Positions 1 through 9,313 of a stretch of 32,000 nt of DNA are shown here, one piece after another. A program made the position numbers and the translations under genes. Location: contig NC_003902.1 in NCBI RefSeq assembly GCF_000007145.1, forward strand, positions 3,686,497-3,718,496. Reading direction: 5' to 3'. The notes beneath the pieces were generated by a model. The model worked only from the letters and a program-made list of their open reading frames with translations. It was not told where the DNA came from and made no database searches. The number at the start of each line of letters is the position of its first letter. The stretch's first letter is position 1. Origin of the DNA: Xanthomonas campestris pv. campestris str. ATCC 33913 (lineage in GTDB: Bacteria > Pseudomonadota > Gammaproteobacteria > Xanthomonadales > Xanthomonadaceae).

Positions 1-26
1 CTGCAGCACGGCAGTTGCAGGCCCGC

Positions 27-476
27 TCAGCGTGGCCGCAGCAGCGCCTGCTCGCGCGCCATGGTCAAAACCGGGCCGATGCGCCCGGTACGGATCAGCT
101 CGCTGCAGTGCTTGCCGACGAATTCGACCCGTGGCGCGCAAAACCACTGCCTGACGCGCTCCACTTCGCCGGCATTGATCGACCAGGCATGGAACACCGT
201 CTCCCCGAGCTCCTCCACACCGATCAAGCCAAGCTCTTGAATTTGCTCGGCATCCAGCCCGAACATCTCCAGCACCTTGCCGGCATCGTCCAGGGTGCCG
301 AAGCCGCTGTTCATCTGGTCCGCCATGCCGGCGGCATAGGCGACCGACGCGGCCCGCGCATATTCGGCGCGCCGCATGCCTTTGAGGAGTGCTCCAACCA
401 ATTGGGTGTGCGTGGTGGCCATGGCGCGTGTGTCGAAGGATGTTGCCACTATGGGCGTACGCTCGACCCCGCTCAA
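27..476 (-). CDS. hypothetical protein, 149 aa, family not recognised
   Basis: Complete ORF. TTG start at 476 with AGGAAG 7 nt upstream, and G/C-rich third positions. The overlapping + strand ORF 15..491 is Arg/His/Gly-rich and reads like an antisense shadow. Confidence 0.45.
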   Translation of the reverse strand: MSGVERTPIVATSFDTRAMATTHTQLVGALLKGMRRAEYARAASVAYAAGMADQMNSGFGTLDDAGKVLEMFGLDAEQIQELGLIGVEELGETVFHAWSINAGEVERVRQWFCAPRVEFVGKHCSELIRTGRIGPVLTMAREQALLRPR

Positions 477-598
477 TCAGGAGCTTCCTGACGGCGGGGA
501 AGGAAATAGCGAAGCGAACTGCGCGGCCGCTTCGCCAACAAGGGGCGCCCGCAGCGGTCTACACACCTGCCCGGCATCCGTCTGATAGGACGGCGTGC

Positions 599-754
599 TC
601 AAACGTCGTCGTCCTCGATGCTGTCGTCATCATCGATCTCGCTGTCTTGTGCCGGGCCTTCCTGCACAGGGGCATGCGGCTTGCCCGGCGCCTTGACGCC
701 ATCCGGCGGGTTTGGATCGGAGGGGCCTCGATTGGTGTCGTTGTCGGTGCTCAT
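599..754 (-). CDS. small acidic hypothetical protein (51 aa, C-terminal DDDDSIEDDDV)
   Basis: Lies within ORF 599..781. The internal ATG at 754 has GGAG 6 nt upstream (ctgGGAGaaacgcATG). No family recognised. Confidence 0.35.
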   Translation of the reverse strand: MSTDNDTNRGPSDPNPPDGVKAPGKPHAPVQEGPAQDSEIDDDDSIEDDDV

Positions 755-1352
755 GCGTTTCTCCCAGGGCAACAGTGCCACCTGCCCACCGTCGCTCAGG
801 GTGCGTGAGCCTGACGTGTGATTGATCCGCTGCGCGCGAGTGCGATCGACTGCGCCATGACGGCCCGGCCGTTAGGCGGAGGTACGCATGGCGTGTTTGA
901 GCTTTTCGTTCGAATCGCAGATGTCACGCAGTGAGCGGATGAAGCACATACCCAAGCCGGGCATTTCAACTCTCAGATGCATCGCGCCTTCGCAAGCACA
1001 CCCTTGAATCAAACGAAGCGGCCTTCGGCAAGCTGCTGAGCCGCTGAGCCGCTGAAAACGGCGCAGCGCCGGTGACACAGACGCCTCTCCTGATTGTGTC
1101 CGGCCGTGCAGAATGGCGAGGCGCGCCAGCACCCATGCAGCTGATGCCGCAACAGTGCGTGGGGTTTCTTGCGGCGCATCCATCAACCTATCTTCGCGCA
1201 GCTGTGCGATCACATCGATGCGCTCTGGAGCGTTGAGCGGTATAGCAGTCAGGTAACGAGTACTGCACTAGAGAGGCAGTGGAATTAGCTAGTTTCGAAC
1301 CTTAGGCTTATCCATCTTGCTGCCGCTTCCAATGGATCTGCCGCACTATCTT

Positions 1353-2586
1353 TGATACGCCCAGGGTTTCCTAGACATCTCAAGGCCATGGAAAATGGTC
1401 GATTCGGAGGTGTCTATGAGCAGCAAGCGATATACGGATGAGTTCAAGATCGAGGCGGTCCGGCAAGTGACTGATCGTGGGTTCAAGGTGGCAGAAGTCG
1501 CCGAGCGGCTGGGTGTCACGACGCACAGCCTGTACGCCTGGCTGCGCACGTTCGGCAAGTCTGGCGTGGTGCATCGCGCCGAGGTGGACCAGAGCGCCGA
1601 GGTTCGGCGGCTGAAGGCAGAGTTGCGTCGAGTGACCGAGGAGCGCGACATCCTAAAAAAGGCCGCCGCGTACTTTGCCAAGGGGTAAAGGCAAAGTACG
1701 CCTTCATGCAAGCCCACTGCGGGGAATTCAGGGTGTGTGCAATGTGCCGGGTATTGCGGGTCAACCGGTCGGGTTATTACGCCTGGTTGTGCTCGCCCAA
1801 CAGTGAGCGCGCCAAGGAAGATGATCGCTTGCTTGGACTAATCAAGCACCACTGGCTGGCCAGCGGCAGTGTCTATGGGCATCGCAAGATCACCACGGAT
1901 CTGCGCGATCTGGGTGAGCGTTGTAGTCGTCATCGGGTGCATCGGCTGATGCGCACCGAGGGACTGCGTGCCCAGGTGGGCTATGGTCGCAAACCGCGCT
2001 TCCATGGAGGAATGCAGTGCAAGGCGGCGGCCAACCTGCTTGACCGACAGTTCGACGTGACGGAGCCGGACACGGCCTGGGCGAGCGATTTCACCTTCAT
2101 CCGCACGCATGAAGGCTGGATGTATTTGGCTGTTGTGATCGATCTGTTTTCCAGGCAGGTCGTCGGCTGGGCGATGCGCGATCGGGCCGACACCGAGTTG
2201 GTCGTGCAGGCGGTGTTGTCTGCGGTGTGGCGGCGCAAACCCAACGCTGGTTGCTTGGTTCATTCGGACCAAGGGTCTGTCTACACCAGCGATGACTGGC
2301 GCAGTTTCCTGGCGTCCCATGGCTTGGTGTGCAGCATGAGTCGGCGTGGCAACTGCCACGACAACGCACCCGTGGAGAGCTTCTTCGGCCTGCTCAAACG
2401 CGAGCGGATCAGGCGGCGGACCTATCCCACCAAGGACGCCGCTCGCGCCGAGGTATTCGACTACATCGAGATGTTCTACAACCCCAACCGCCGCCACGGT
2501 TCAACTGGCGACCTGTCACCTGTAGAGTTTGAACGGCGCTACGCGCAACGAGGGTCTTGAGTGTCTACGGAACCCTGGGCGTATCA
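1353..2586 (+). mobile_element. IS3-family insertion sequence, 1,234 bp
   Basis: Imperfect terminal inverted repeats: TGATACGCCCAGGGTTTCCTAGACATCTC from 1353, and TGATACGCCCAGGGTTCCGTAGACACTC as the reverse complement ending at 2586. Two-ORF transposase with an A6G slippery site. Flanking triplets CTT and GTA do not match, so no target duplication is evident. Confidence 0.9.
1416..2560 (+). CDS. IS3 family transposase OrfAB (orfA 1416..1688; orfB frame continues to 2560 through a programmed -1 frameshift)
   Basis: orfA (MSSKRYTDEFKIEAVRQV..., HTH type) has GGAGG 5 nt upstream of ATG 1416. The A AAA AAG slippery heptamer lies at 1655-1661. The orfB frame is -1 relative to orfA and encodes a DDE/rve-type integrase core (WASDFTF ... 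HSDQGSVYTS ... CHDNAPVESFF). Confidence 0.9.
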
Positions 2587-2649
2587 GTATGGGGAGCCCA
2601 ACCTGGACAAGGCACTTGCGCGCGTAGCGCAGTACCGCAGGAAAACTCC

Positions 2650-3591
2650 ATGATGGCTCGTGTTCCACGTCGACTACGAATGGGTGCCGCTGCAGCGCTG
2701 CTGTGCGGTGCTACGTCGAGCTTCGCTCTGAATACGGCCAGCATCGTGTCATCAACGCTTTCGCCAGACTGCCTGGAGTATCGGGTGGTGGGCATTTGCT
2801 ATTGGCTTTATTGCACGTTGACGGGGTGCACGGTTCGCACCTCAATCAAAGTACGTCATTACGTTCCAGATGCTGTGGTCTCCAGCTATTCCAACGTCGG
2901 TGAAAATCCCTGGGTTGAAGTGCGTGCGATGAGTAAGCCCAACGCGACTGCTCGCTCTGGAGGAGATGGAACAACCAATCATGACAACGAAAACAACCTG
3001 ATCAAGTTCAAAAACGCAGATGTGATCGGCCACCCCGGTGGGCAGGTATTCAGTCAATTTGCCAGCGCATCGGGATACGCATGCGAAGGTGCTGGTACTG
3101 CTTTCATGCCCTACTTGCTCAGCACCTTGGATACGATTGCATGGCGCTACAACTTGCCAGAAGTCGTTTACCCCGAAGCGCTCATCCCTGGCTTGCGAGA
3201 GATAGGCTCTCGTACAGACATGAATCTGTGGGGCGCCGTCTACCCCCGCGGAGGATTTATGCATCAGACCGATGACCACAAGGCCGGCGCTGTGGTTGCG
3301 CAGCGCGCAGGCGACATCGTGACGCGCCGAGGCCAACTTCACGTCTATCAGCCCCTGCTCGCCAGTAGTCGAGACGGTTATTGGCCGGCTGGCGCGCTGG
3401 TAGAAAGCGATGCCTCAACAGGTAAGTGGCAGCAGCTCACACCGCGCCTGTCCTCTACTTGTGCGGTATTCCCCCAAAGCGGCTCGCTGCCTCAGGCAGC
3501 GCAGGGCGACTACGCGTGGGCTTTATGGCGCCCTTACAGCTGCTGCCAGCGTCAAGGTCAGGTCTTCCTGGGCAGCGTCGATTTCAACTAA
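2650..3591 (+). CDS. ICE T4SS protein, TraU-like (PFL_4710 / TIGR03756-type as I recall the family)
   Basis: Start chosen at ATG 2650, which gives a signal peptide (MMARVPRRLRMGAAAALLCGATSSFA). The ORF-track start at 2557 lies inside the IS3 right end. The Cys-rich block CLEYRVVGICYWLYCTLTGC is typical of TraU-like ICE proteins. Lies in the conserved order with the next three genes. Confidence 0.75.
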   Translation: MMARVPRRLRMGAAAALLCGATSSFALNTASIVSSTLSPDCLEYRVVGICYWLYCTLTGCTVRTSIKVRHYVPDAVVSSYSNVGENPWVEVRAMSKPNATARSGGDGTTNHDNENNLIKFKNADVIGHPGGQVFSQFASASGYACEGAGTAFMPYLLSTLDTIAWRYNLPEVVYPEALIPGLREIGSRTDMNLWGAVYPRGGFMHQTDDHKAGAVVAQRAGDIVTRRGQLHVYQPLLASSRDGYWPAGALVESDASTGKWQQLTPRLSSTCAVFPQSGSLPQAAQGDYAWALWRPYSCCQRQGQVFLGSVDFN

Positions 3592-3601
3592 GGGCACGTC
3601 A

Positions 3602-5002
3602 ATGAAATTCTCTCGTGAAATTTCCCCACTTCACCGCCGTCGACAGGGACATTCGCGCCTTGTTTTGCTGACGTGTGCACTTGGCCTTGCAAGTGGATTT
3701 GTCTGGGCTCAGAGCGGTGGCTTCCAGAACAGTGGAAGCGTGATCGGCGATGAGGTCATGTATTCAATCGGTGGCGGCAACGCCGTCTCCATGAGCGGCG
3801 CTGCTGGTATGCGCTCGATAGGCGTGGGCGCCGGCTGGAACAGCAATTTGGTCTGTGGGGATATGAATATCAGCACGACGATTCAGAACCAGCTCAATGG
3901 GCTGACGAATGGATTTCAGAACATCATGGGTAACGTGATTCAGAGCGCGACGAGTGCCGTCGCGTCGCTGCCCGCCTTGATCATCCAGCGCGCAGACCAT
4001 GGTCTGTACAACCTGTTGACCAATGGCGTGCTACAGGCCCGCCTGGACTTTGACCGTTCCAAACTCACCTGTCGCGCCATGGCCGAACGGATGGCCCAGA
4101 CGGCTGGTGGCCAACTCGGTTGGAACCAGATAGCAGAGGGCATGGCTCTTCGCCAGGCTGTGACCAGTACCGATGCAGTGTCCGCTATCGAGAAGGCTGA
4201 AACAACGCGTGGCAATGACGGTGTTCCTTGGGTTGGCGGCAATAACGCTGGTGGTGCGGGTCAGTCCTCGATCAAGGTGGTCGCCGATGTGACCCGCGCG
4301 GGCTACAACCTGGTCAATGGCCGCAGCGTTACCGATACCTCGTCGATAGATGCAACTAGCTGCAACAGCTTGGCTTGCCAGACATGGCCTACCCCGCAAG
4401 CAGCAACTGAATGGGCAACCCGTGTCTTGGGGGAGCAGGAGCAGCGTACTTGCGAAGACTGTACCAAGACTCAAACCATGCCGGGTGTGGGTTTGACGCC
4501 ACTTATCCAGGAAGAATACGAAGCCAAATTGCAGTCCCTGCAGGAGCTGATCGACGGAACCCGCAATACCACGTTCGAAAATTTGCGCGCGGCCGGCAGC
4601 ACGTCTTTGCCGATCACCCGGGGTGTTATTGAAGCGCTGCGAGATGAACCGGACCAAGACATCCTCGCGCGCCGACTGGCCTCAGAGGTGGCGCTGTCTT
4701 CTGTTTTAGAGAAGGCATTGCTGTTGCAACGCACGCTTCTGACTGGGCAGAAAGAGCCCAATGTTTCAGCCAATCAGCTTGCGGTTGAGGCTATCAACCA
4801 CGAGAGCAATACGCTGGATCGTGAGATCCAGAATTTGAAGACCGAACTTGAACTACGCCGTGAGCTCGCTAACAACTCGCCGATGGCGATCATCCAGCGC
4901 CACGGTACAAGGGCATCGGGTTCGCGTGGGGTCTACGAAGGTGATCCTGTCCCTGACCGCCTCGACCAATTGCAGCGGCCATCGCCAGGGCGGGTGCAAT
5001 GA
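3602..5002 (+). CDS. ICE secreted protein (PFL_4711 / TIGR03755-type as I recall)
   Basis: ATG 3602 has AAGGG 7 nt upstream and gives a signal peptide (MKFSREISPL...LASGFVWAQ). The upstream extension to 3410 overlaps the preceding gene. Its position between the TraU-like and TraG genes is typical of PFGI-1/ICEclc-class ICEs. Confidence 0.7.
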   Translation: MKFSREISPLHRRRQGHSRLVLLTCALGLASGFVWAQSGGFQNSGSVIGDEVMYSIGGGNAVSMSGAAGMRSIGVGAGWNSNLVCGDMNISTTIQNQLNGLTNGFQNIMGNVIQSATSAVASLPALIIQRADHGLYNLLTNGVLQARLDFDRSKLTCRAMAERMAQTAGGQLGWNQIAEGMALRQAVTSTDAVSAIEKAETTRGNDGVPWVGGNNAGGAGQSSIKVVADVTRAGYNLVNGRSVTDTSSIDATSCNSLACQTWPTPQAATEWATRVLGEQEQRTCEDCTKTQTMPGVGLTPLIQEEYEAKLQSLQELIDGTRNTTFENLRAAGSTSLPITRGVIEALRDEPDQDILARRLASEVALSSVLEKALLLQRTLLTGQKEPNVSANQLAVEAINHESNTLDREIQNLKTELELRRELANNSPMAIIQRHGTRASGSRGVYEGDPVPDRLDQLQRPSPGRVQ

Positions 5003-5346
5003 ATTTCGAGTGGCTGCGCTTTCGCTGGCTTTTCAATCGGAAGACGGCACATGTGCTGCTATGGGCCATGGTATTGCTCGCTATGGCATTGCTAGCCAAC
5101 GTGGTCGGTATCTATCTCGTGGGCAGCGTCACGGCTTGGCAGAGTTGGATGGCTGCTGCTTCCGGTTACTTTTTGGTGTGGCGGCTGGCTCTCTATGCAG
5201 CTACGGCCCGCGGCTGGCTTTGGATGCGCCGTCGGCTGCTCGCTCGCGAGCCAGACCCCGAAGCGCGTTACCGGCTGATCCGCACCGAAGTCGCCGGCGT
5301 TGCAGTCATCGTCGCTCTGGAAATCAGTTTATTGCTTCAGCCGTAA
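4999..5346 (+). CDS. small ICE membrane protein (115 aa, 3 predicted TM helices)
   Basis: ATGA start/stop overlap with the upstream gene at 4999-5002. Hydrophobic segments are visible (LLWAMVLLAMALLANVVGIYLVG, GYFLVWRLALYAA, VAGVAVIVALEISLLL). Confidence 0.6.
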   Translation: MNFEWLRFRWLFNRKTAHVLLWAMVLLAMALLANVVGIYLVGSVTAWQSWMAAASGYFLVWRLALYAATARGWLWMRRRLLAREPDPEARYRLIRTEVAGVAVIVALEISLLLQP

Positions 5347-5361
5347 TTGGAGATCCAGCCG

Positions 5362-6885
5362 ATGACGCTTTTCACGACTGACTACCTTGAGTACTACCTC
5401 ACCCTCGTAGGCTGGATCGTCAACAATGGAATCTGGGCTGTGCTGGTTTCCAGTGGTGTGTTTGCAATTCCTTTCTTGGCCATCATTGTCCAAGAATGGC
5501 TGAAGGCGAAGGCCGAAGGGGCTGATGAAGGCAACAAGGGCGTCCTGTCTTCGTTGCGAATCGAGAACCGGGTATGGGTTGCCATCGTCGTGGTGATGTT
5601 CGCCGGCATTCCATTTATCGACGTCGACCTCAACACCATCAAGTATGACCAAACACGTTCAACGCAGTGTCAGGTCAACATGCCCGAACCCGCAGCAACC
5701 GGTTGGTCACAGTCGTTCAGCACGCTCAACAATCAGAGTGCCAAGTTGCCGGTCTGGTGGGCTTTCATACACGCAGTATCGCGCGCAATCACTGGTGCCT
5801 CAGTCGCTGCAATTCCATGCGGTACCGACGTGCGCCAGATTCGGATGGATATCAACGCCACGCGCATTGACGATCCGGTCCTGGCTCAGGAAGTTGCTGA
5901 CTTTACGCACGATTGTTACGGGCCGGCGCGTGCCAAGTTGTTCATGAACCGCCCGCAGCTCGATGACACGCAAATGCATGATGTGTCTTGGATCGGCTCG
6001 TCTTATTTCGTTGATACCAGCGGCTTCTACGACACCTATCACGCCAAGACGCCGCGAGACGGCTGGGCTTACGAGAGCAATCGGGATGCGGGGCTTGCGC
6101 AGGTGCCTAGCGGTGCGGGTTACCCAACATGTCGCCAGTGGTGGAGCGATAGCAGCAACGGATTACGCGCTCGATTGCTGTCTCAAGTCGACCCAAGCCT
6201 GCTCAACCGAGTCGCTGGATGGGCTGGTTTCTTGAGTCGCCAGGAGGTCGATGACTCGGTGATTCGAGCCATCGCTTCACCACGGCAGCAGAAGCTTAAT
6301 CAAGGCTCCGTCTACACCGACTATGGCGGTCAGATTGACAAGACTTTGCCCAACGTCGTCAACCGTGCAGCCAGCGATGTCGGTCTTGCAGTCGGTTCGC
6401 TTGCAGCTTTCCCGGCAATGGATGTGGTGCGCCAGGCTTTGCCGATGGTGCTTTCGCTGTTGAAGATGGCCTTGGTGATCTGCATACCGCTGGTCTTGGT
6501 GGTGGGGACTTACGACCTGAAGACGTTGGTGACTGTCAGCATCGTGCAGTTCGCATTGTTCTTTGTAGATTTCTGGTTCCAGCTCGCCCGTTGGATCGAC
6601 AGCACTATTCTGGACGCGCTTTACGGGTGGGGCTTTGGCTACAACCGTCCGCATGCAAACTTCGACCCGCTTGCAGGCCTGAACAATGCGTTTGGCGATC
6701 TGCTGCTGATGTTCGTGATGGGGACGATGTTTATCGTGCTCCCCACCTTCTGGATCATGGCACTGAGCTGGGCGGGCGTTCGCGCAGGGAATGTGCTCCA
6801 GGGACTCGCCGGTGCAACTGGCGATGCCAAAGCAGCGGGTGGGAAGGGTGCCAGTACGGTGTTGGGCGCAATTTCGAAAAAGTGA
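5362..6885 (+). CDS. traG: conjugal transfer protein TraG (TraG_N domain, ICE type)
   Basis: ATG 5362 with GGAG 9 nt upstream. The N-terminus MTLFTTDYLEYYLTLVGWIVNNGIW and the multi-TM C-terminal half match ICE TraG_N proteins as I remember them. Confidence 0.75.
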   Translation: MTLFTTDYLEYYLTLVGWIVNNGIWAVLVSSGVFAIPFLAIIVQEWLKAKAEGADEGNKGVLSSLRIENRVWVAIVVVMFAGIPFIDVDLNTIKYDQTRSTQCQVNMPEPAATGWSQSFSTLNNQSAKLPVWWAFIHAVSRAITGASVAAIPCGTDVRQIRMDINATRIDDPVLAQEVADFTHDCYGPARAKLFMNRPQLDDTQMHDVSWIGSSYFVDTSGFYDTYHAKTPRDGWAYESNRDAGLAQVPSGAGYPTCRQWWSDSSNGLRARLLSQVDPSLLNRVAGWAGFLSRQEVDDSVIRAIASPRQQKLNQGSVYTDYGGQIDKTLPNVVNRAASDVGLAVGSLAAFPAMDVVRQALPMVLSLLKMALVICIPLVLVVGTYDLKTLVTVSIVQFALFFVDFWFQLARWIDSTILDALYGWGFGYNRPHANFDPLAGLNNAFGDLLLMFVMGTMFIVLPTFWIMALSWAGVRAGNVLQGLAGATGDAKAAGGKGASTVLGAISKK

Positions 6886-6896
6886 GCCAGATCCTC

Positions 6897-7256
6897 TCAA
6901 TCCTCGTCAGAGACATGAGGGTCTATACGGAAGCCGTCGTAGGTGTAAAGCCCAAAACCTGCCGGTCCATTCTTCCATTCGGGCTCAGGAATCTCGCCTA
7001 AGTCAGCGTTACTCGCCAACCGCGCAGCGCCCACCAATACCACCAGTAGAAGGGCGACCCAGAATACGAAGTAGAGCAGCAGAGCGATTACGGTTAGCTT
7101 TACTGTCCAGAACAGGATCTTGAGGACCGCTGGACTCATACCCTTGCATACCAACTGATCAAACAACCGCCGCTCGCCCATGGCATAGGAACGCCAGGCG
7201 TTGCCAAGCCAGCGACCTAGCTTCTCCGGATTGCTGCTTTGAGGGTTCGTCTTCAT
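6897..7256 (-). CDS. DUF3742-like small membrane protein
   Basis: Converges on traG with an 11-bp gap. ATG at 7256 has AGGTG 6 nt upstream; the ORF-track start at 7265 is GTG. One long hydrophobic stretch (VKLTVIALLLYFVFWVALLLVVLVGAA). I recall this family lying next to traG in ICEs. Confidence 0.5.
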   Translation of the reverse strand: MKTNPQSSNPEKLGRWLGNAWRSYAMGERRLFDQLVCKGMSPAVLKILFWTVKLTVIALLLYFVFWVALLLVVLVGAARLASNADLGEIPEPEWKNGPAGFGLYTYDGFRIDPHVSDED

Positions 7257-7381
7257 AGCTGTCACCTATCTTGGGGGATATGTGTACGGTCCAGTTTGCC
7301 TTTTCCCCGGGCATGGGGGCCAACAATGAGCTTCGGCCGACACATTATTCAGCTGGTTAGGCAATGCATACCAGCCGAGTA

Positions 7382-7474
7382 TGATTAGATCTACACATGA
7401 AATTCAACTATGAGGCTATTTTTTCCAGATAAGTGTGCATTGGGATGACAGGTGATTAGATTGTGTTTTACATT
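7382..7474 (+). promoter_or_regulatory. candidate abiE promoter/operator (two TGATTAGAT direct repeats; -35 ATGACA, -10 TACATT)
   Basis: The 9-bp repeat TGATTAGAT occurs at 7382-7390 and 7453-7461. The second copy sits in the 18-nt spacer between ATGACA (7445-7450) and TACATT (7469-7474). There is no Shine-Dalgarno before ATG 7481, so the predicted transcription start falls at or near the ATG (possibly leaderless). Confidence 0.3.
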
Positions 7475-7480
7475 TAACAT

Positions 7481-8239
7481 ATGAGTAGAACTATACGACA
7501 TCAACTAATCAAACGCCTTCAGGCTGAGCTCCCACGTGGTGCGCCGTTCGGTCTAGCTACGCTCGAATTGTTTGGCGTGTCACCACAGCTGGCTGCCCGC
7601 TATGTGGAGGGAGGCTGGCTCGTACGCCTCGCCCATGGCGTCTACGCATTCCCGAACGACGACTTTGATGTCAATGGCGCGCTGCGCTTCCTTCAAGGCC
7701 AAGTGGCTGGTCTGCACGTCGGAGGGAAAAGCGCGTTGGCGCTTCAGGGGGTCCGCCACAACCTGGCATCGTGGGACATCCTCGTTCTTTGGGGCGATGC
7801 CCGTTTCGTCATACCTACCTGGTTCACCGAGCGTTTTCCGGCGCGTTATGTCGGGGCCAAGCTCTTCGACTGGCCAGACGATACTCTCGCCGGAAAGACC
7901 CTGCACACTCCCCCAGGACAGCCCGAGGGCCTGCAGGTAGCTGTGCCAGAACGAGCCGTTCTGGAGCTGCTCTATGACGCCGGCACGAGGCAAAGCCTTG
8001 AGGAGTGCCGCAACATTTTTGATGGCCTTCGATCACCGCGTAAGGATCTGCTTGGACAGCTGCTTTCCTGCTGTACCAGTGTAAAAGCCGTGCGATTGTT
8101 TCTGACATGGGCACGAGAGTCAGGTGTCGTCGACGTCGACCTATTGCTTGAGCACAACCAGGTCAGAACCGGAAGTAGCAGGCGCTGGATGAGCCGGCTG
8201 GACGATGGCACCTTGCTGAGCCTAAACCCCCATGGATAA
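7481..8239 (+). CDS. abiEi: type IV toxin-antitoxin system AbiEi family antitoxin
   Basis: 252 aa. The N-terminal winged-helix-like segment (FGVSPQLAARYVEGGWLVRLAHGVYAFP) is characteristic of AbiEi. Overlaps the downstream nucleotidyltransferase gene by 8 nt. Confidence 0.85.
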   Translation: MSRTIRHQLIKRLQAELPRGAPFGLATLELFGVSPQLAARYVEGGWLVRLAHGVYAFPNDDFDVNGALRFLQGQVAGLHVGGKSALALQGVRHNLASWDILVLWGDARFVIPTWFTERFPARYVGAKLFDWPDDTLAGKTLHTPPGQPEGLQVAVPERAVLELLYDAGTRQSLEECRNIFDGLRSPRKDLLGQLLSCCTSVKAVRLFLTWARESGVVDVDLLLEHNQVRTGSSRRWMSRLDDGTLLSLNPHG

Positions 8240-9158
8240 GCACTACGCTGACACTGTTCGGCTTCTGTTGGACATTGCTCCTGCTGTATTCGCCAATGAC
8301 ATCTTCGCCATGAAGGGCGGCACCGCCATCAACCTCTTTGTACAGGATATGCCGCGCCTTTCCGTCGACATCGATGTGGTGTACCTGCCCTGGCAAGTTC
8401 CCCGTGATCAAGCACTTCAAGCAATCAACCAAGAGCTGGCTGCGATCGCAGAGCGTGTTGCGCCCATGGGTGTGAAAACACGACTGATACACAGCAAAGA
8501 TTTGGGCGACACGAAGCTGATTGCTGAGAATGACAGCACTCAGGTAAAGGTTGAGGTCAACGTGGTGTTTCGCGGATCCGTCCTTCCGATCACCCGACTG
8601 CCATTGAGTGCCAGGACGCGCGATCGTTTCGGAGTCGAGTTCGACGTCCCCACCCTAGCCCCGGATGAGCTTTATGCAGGGAAGTTGGTAGCCGCAATGG
8701 ATCGTCAGCATCCGCGTGATCTGTTCGACGCGTGGCAGATGTATGAAACGGGCGGGATCACCGATGAAATGATCGAATGCTTCGTGGTCTATCTGGCTGG
8801 CCACAACCGCCCTACGCACGAAGTACTGTTCGGCAATGACAAAGACATCGCCGGGGAGTACGAGCGCGCCTTTCAGGGCATGACGGAAACACCTTGCCCG
8901 CTGGATGTGCTGCTGGAGACTCGCGCTCGGCTAAGGCAAGAGTTGCCCGTACGCCTGTCTGAGGCACACCGAGGTTTCCTGAGTGGACTGGCGAGGGGAG
9001 AGCCAGAGTGGTCATTGCTGCAGTGTACGTACGTCGAACAGTTGCCAGCATTACGTTGGAAGCTCACCAACCTAAGGACGTTCAAGCAGCGTCGGCCTAG
9101 TGATTTCGCGGCCCAGGCCGATGCCCTGGATGCTGCGCTCGCTACATCCAGGACCTGA
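8232..9158 (+). CDS. abiEii: nucleotidyltransferase AbiEii/AbiGii family toxin
   Basis: 308 aa. The motifs FAMKGGTAINLF and LSVDIDVVY are typical of DUF1814/AbiEii nucleotidyltransferases. Forms an operon with abiEi. Confidence 0.85.
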   Translation: MDKHYADTVRLLLDIAPAVFANDIFAMKGGTAINLFVQDMPRLSVDIDVVYLPWQVPRDQALQAINQELAAIAERVAPMGVKTRLIHSKDLGDTKLIAENDSTQVKVEVNVVFRGSVLPITRLPLSARTRDRFGVEFDVPTLAPDELYAGKLVAAMDRQHPRDLFDAWQMYETGGITDEMIECFVVYLAGHNRPTHEVLFGNDKDIAGEYERAFQGMTETPCPLDVLLETRARLRQELPVRLSEAHRGFLSGLARGEPEWSLLQCTYVEQLPALRWKLTNLRTFKQRRPSDFAAQADALDAALATSRT

Positions 9159-9241
9159 GGTTAGTCCGGCTGAAAGACCACGCCAGATCAGCATGGCCGC
9201 AGCGGGTAAAGGCTTCTGGAGGCTAGGCATTGTACTTGTCC

Positions 9242-9273
9242 GGCATCGCGACACGGGTACATGTCGCGATGCC
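9242..9273. terminator. perfect 11-bp stem hairpin between convergent genes (possible bidirectional terminator)
   Basis: GGCATCGCGAC (9242-9252), 10-nt loop, GTCGCGATGCC (9263-9273). No U-tract on either side. Confidence 0.35.
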
Positions 9274-9313
9274 CCAGAATGATCAATGTGGGGGCTTGAT
9301 CGCAGACAGTCGA

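Noticed and set aside
15-491. 158-aa + strand ORF overlapping the 27..476 - strand ORF.
   Set aside because: Its Arg/His/Gly/Ala-rich composition is typical of an antisense frame in GC-rich DNA. The - strand ORF has the RBS and a protein-like composition.
872-1213. 113-aa - strand ORF (GTG start) as a gene.
   Set aside because: It has an Arg/Cys/Ala-rich, low-plausibility sequence, no convincing RBS and no recognisable family. I cannot support it.
1293-1306. TTTCGAACCTTAGG resembles a tRNA T-loop (GGTTCGAA on the - strand), which might be an ICE att or tRNA remnant.
   Set aside because: No complementary T-stem, acceptor stem or CCA context can be built around it.
2557-2649. Upstream extensions of the TraU-like ORF (from 2557) and of the next ORF (from 3410).
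   Set aside because: The 2557 start lies inside the IS3 right end. The 3410 start overlaps the preceding gene by 180 nt. The internal ATGs at 2650 and 3602 give proper signal peptides and, for 3602, an RBS.
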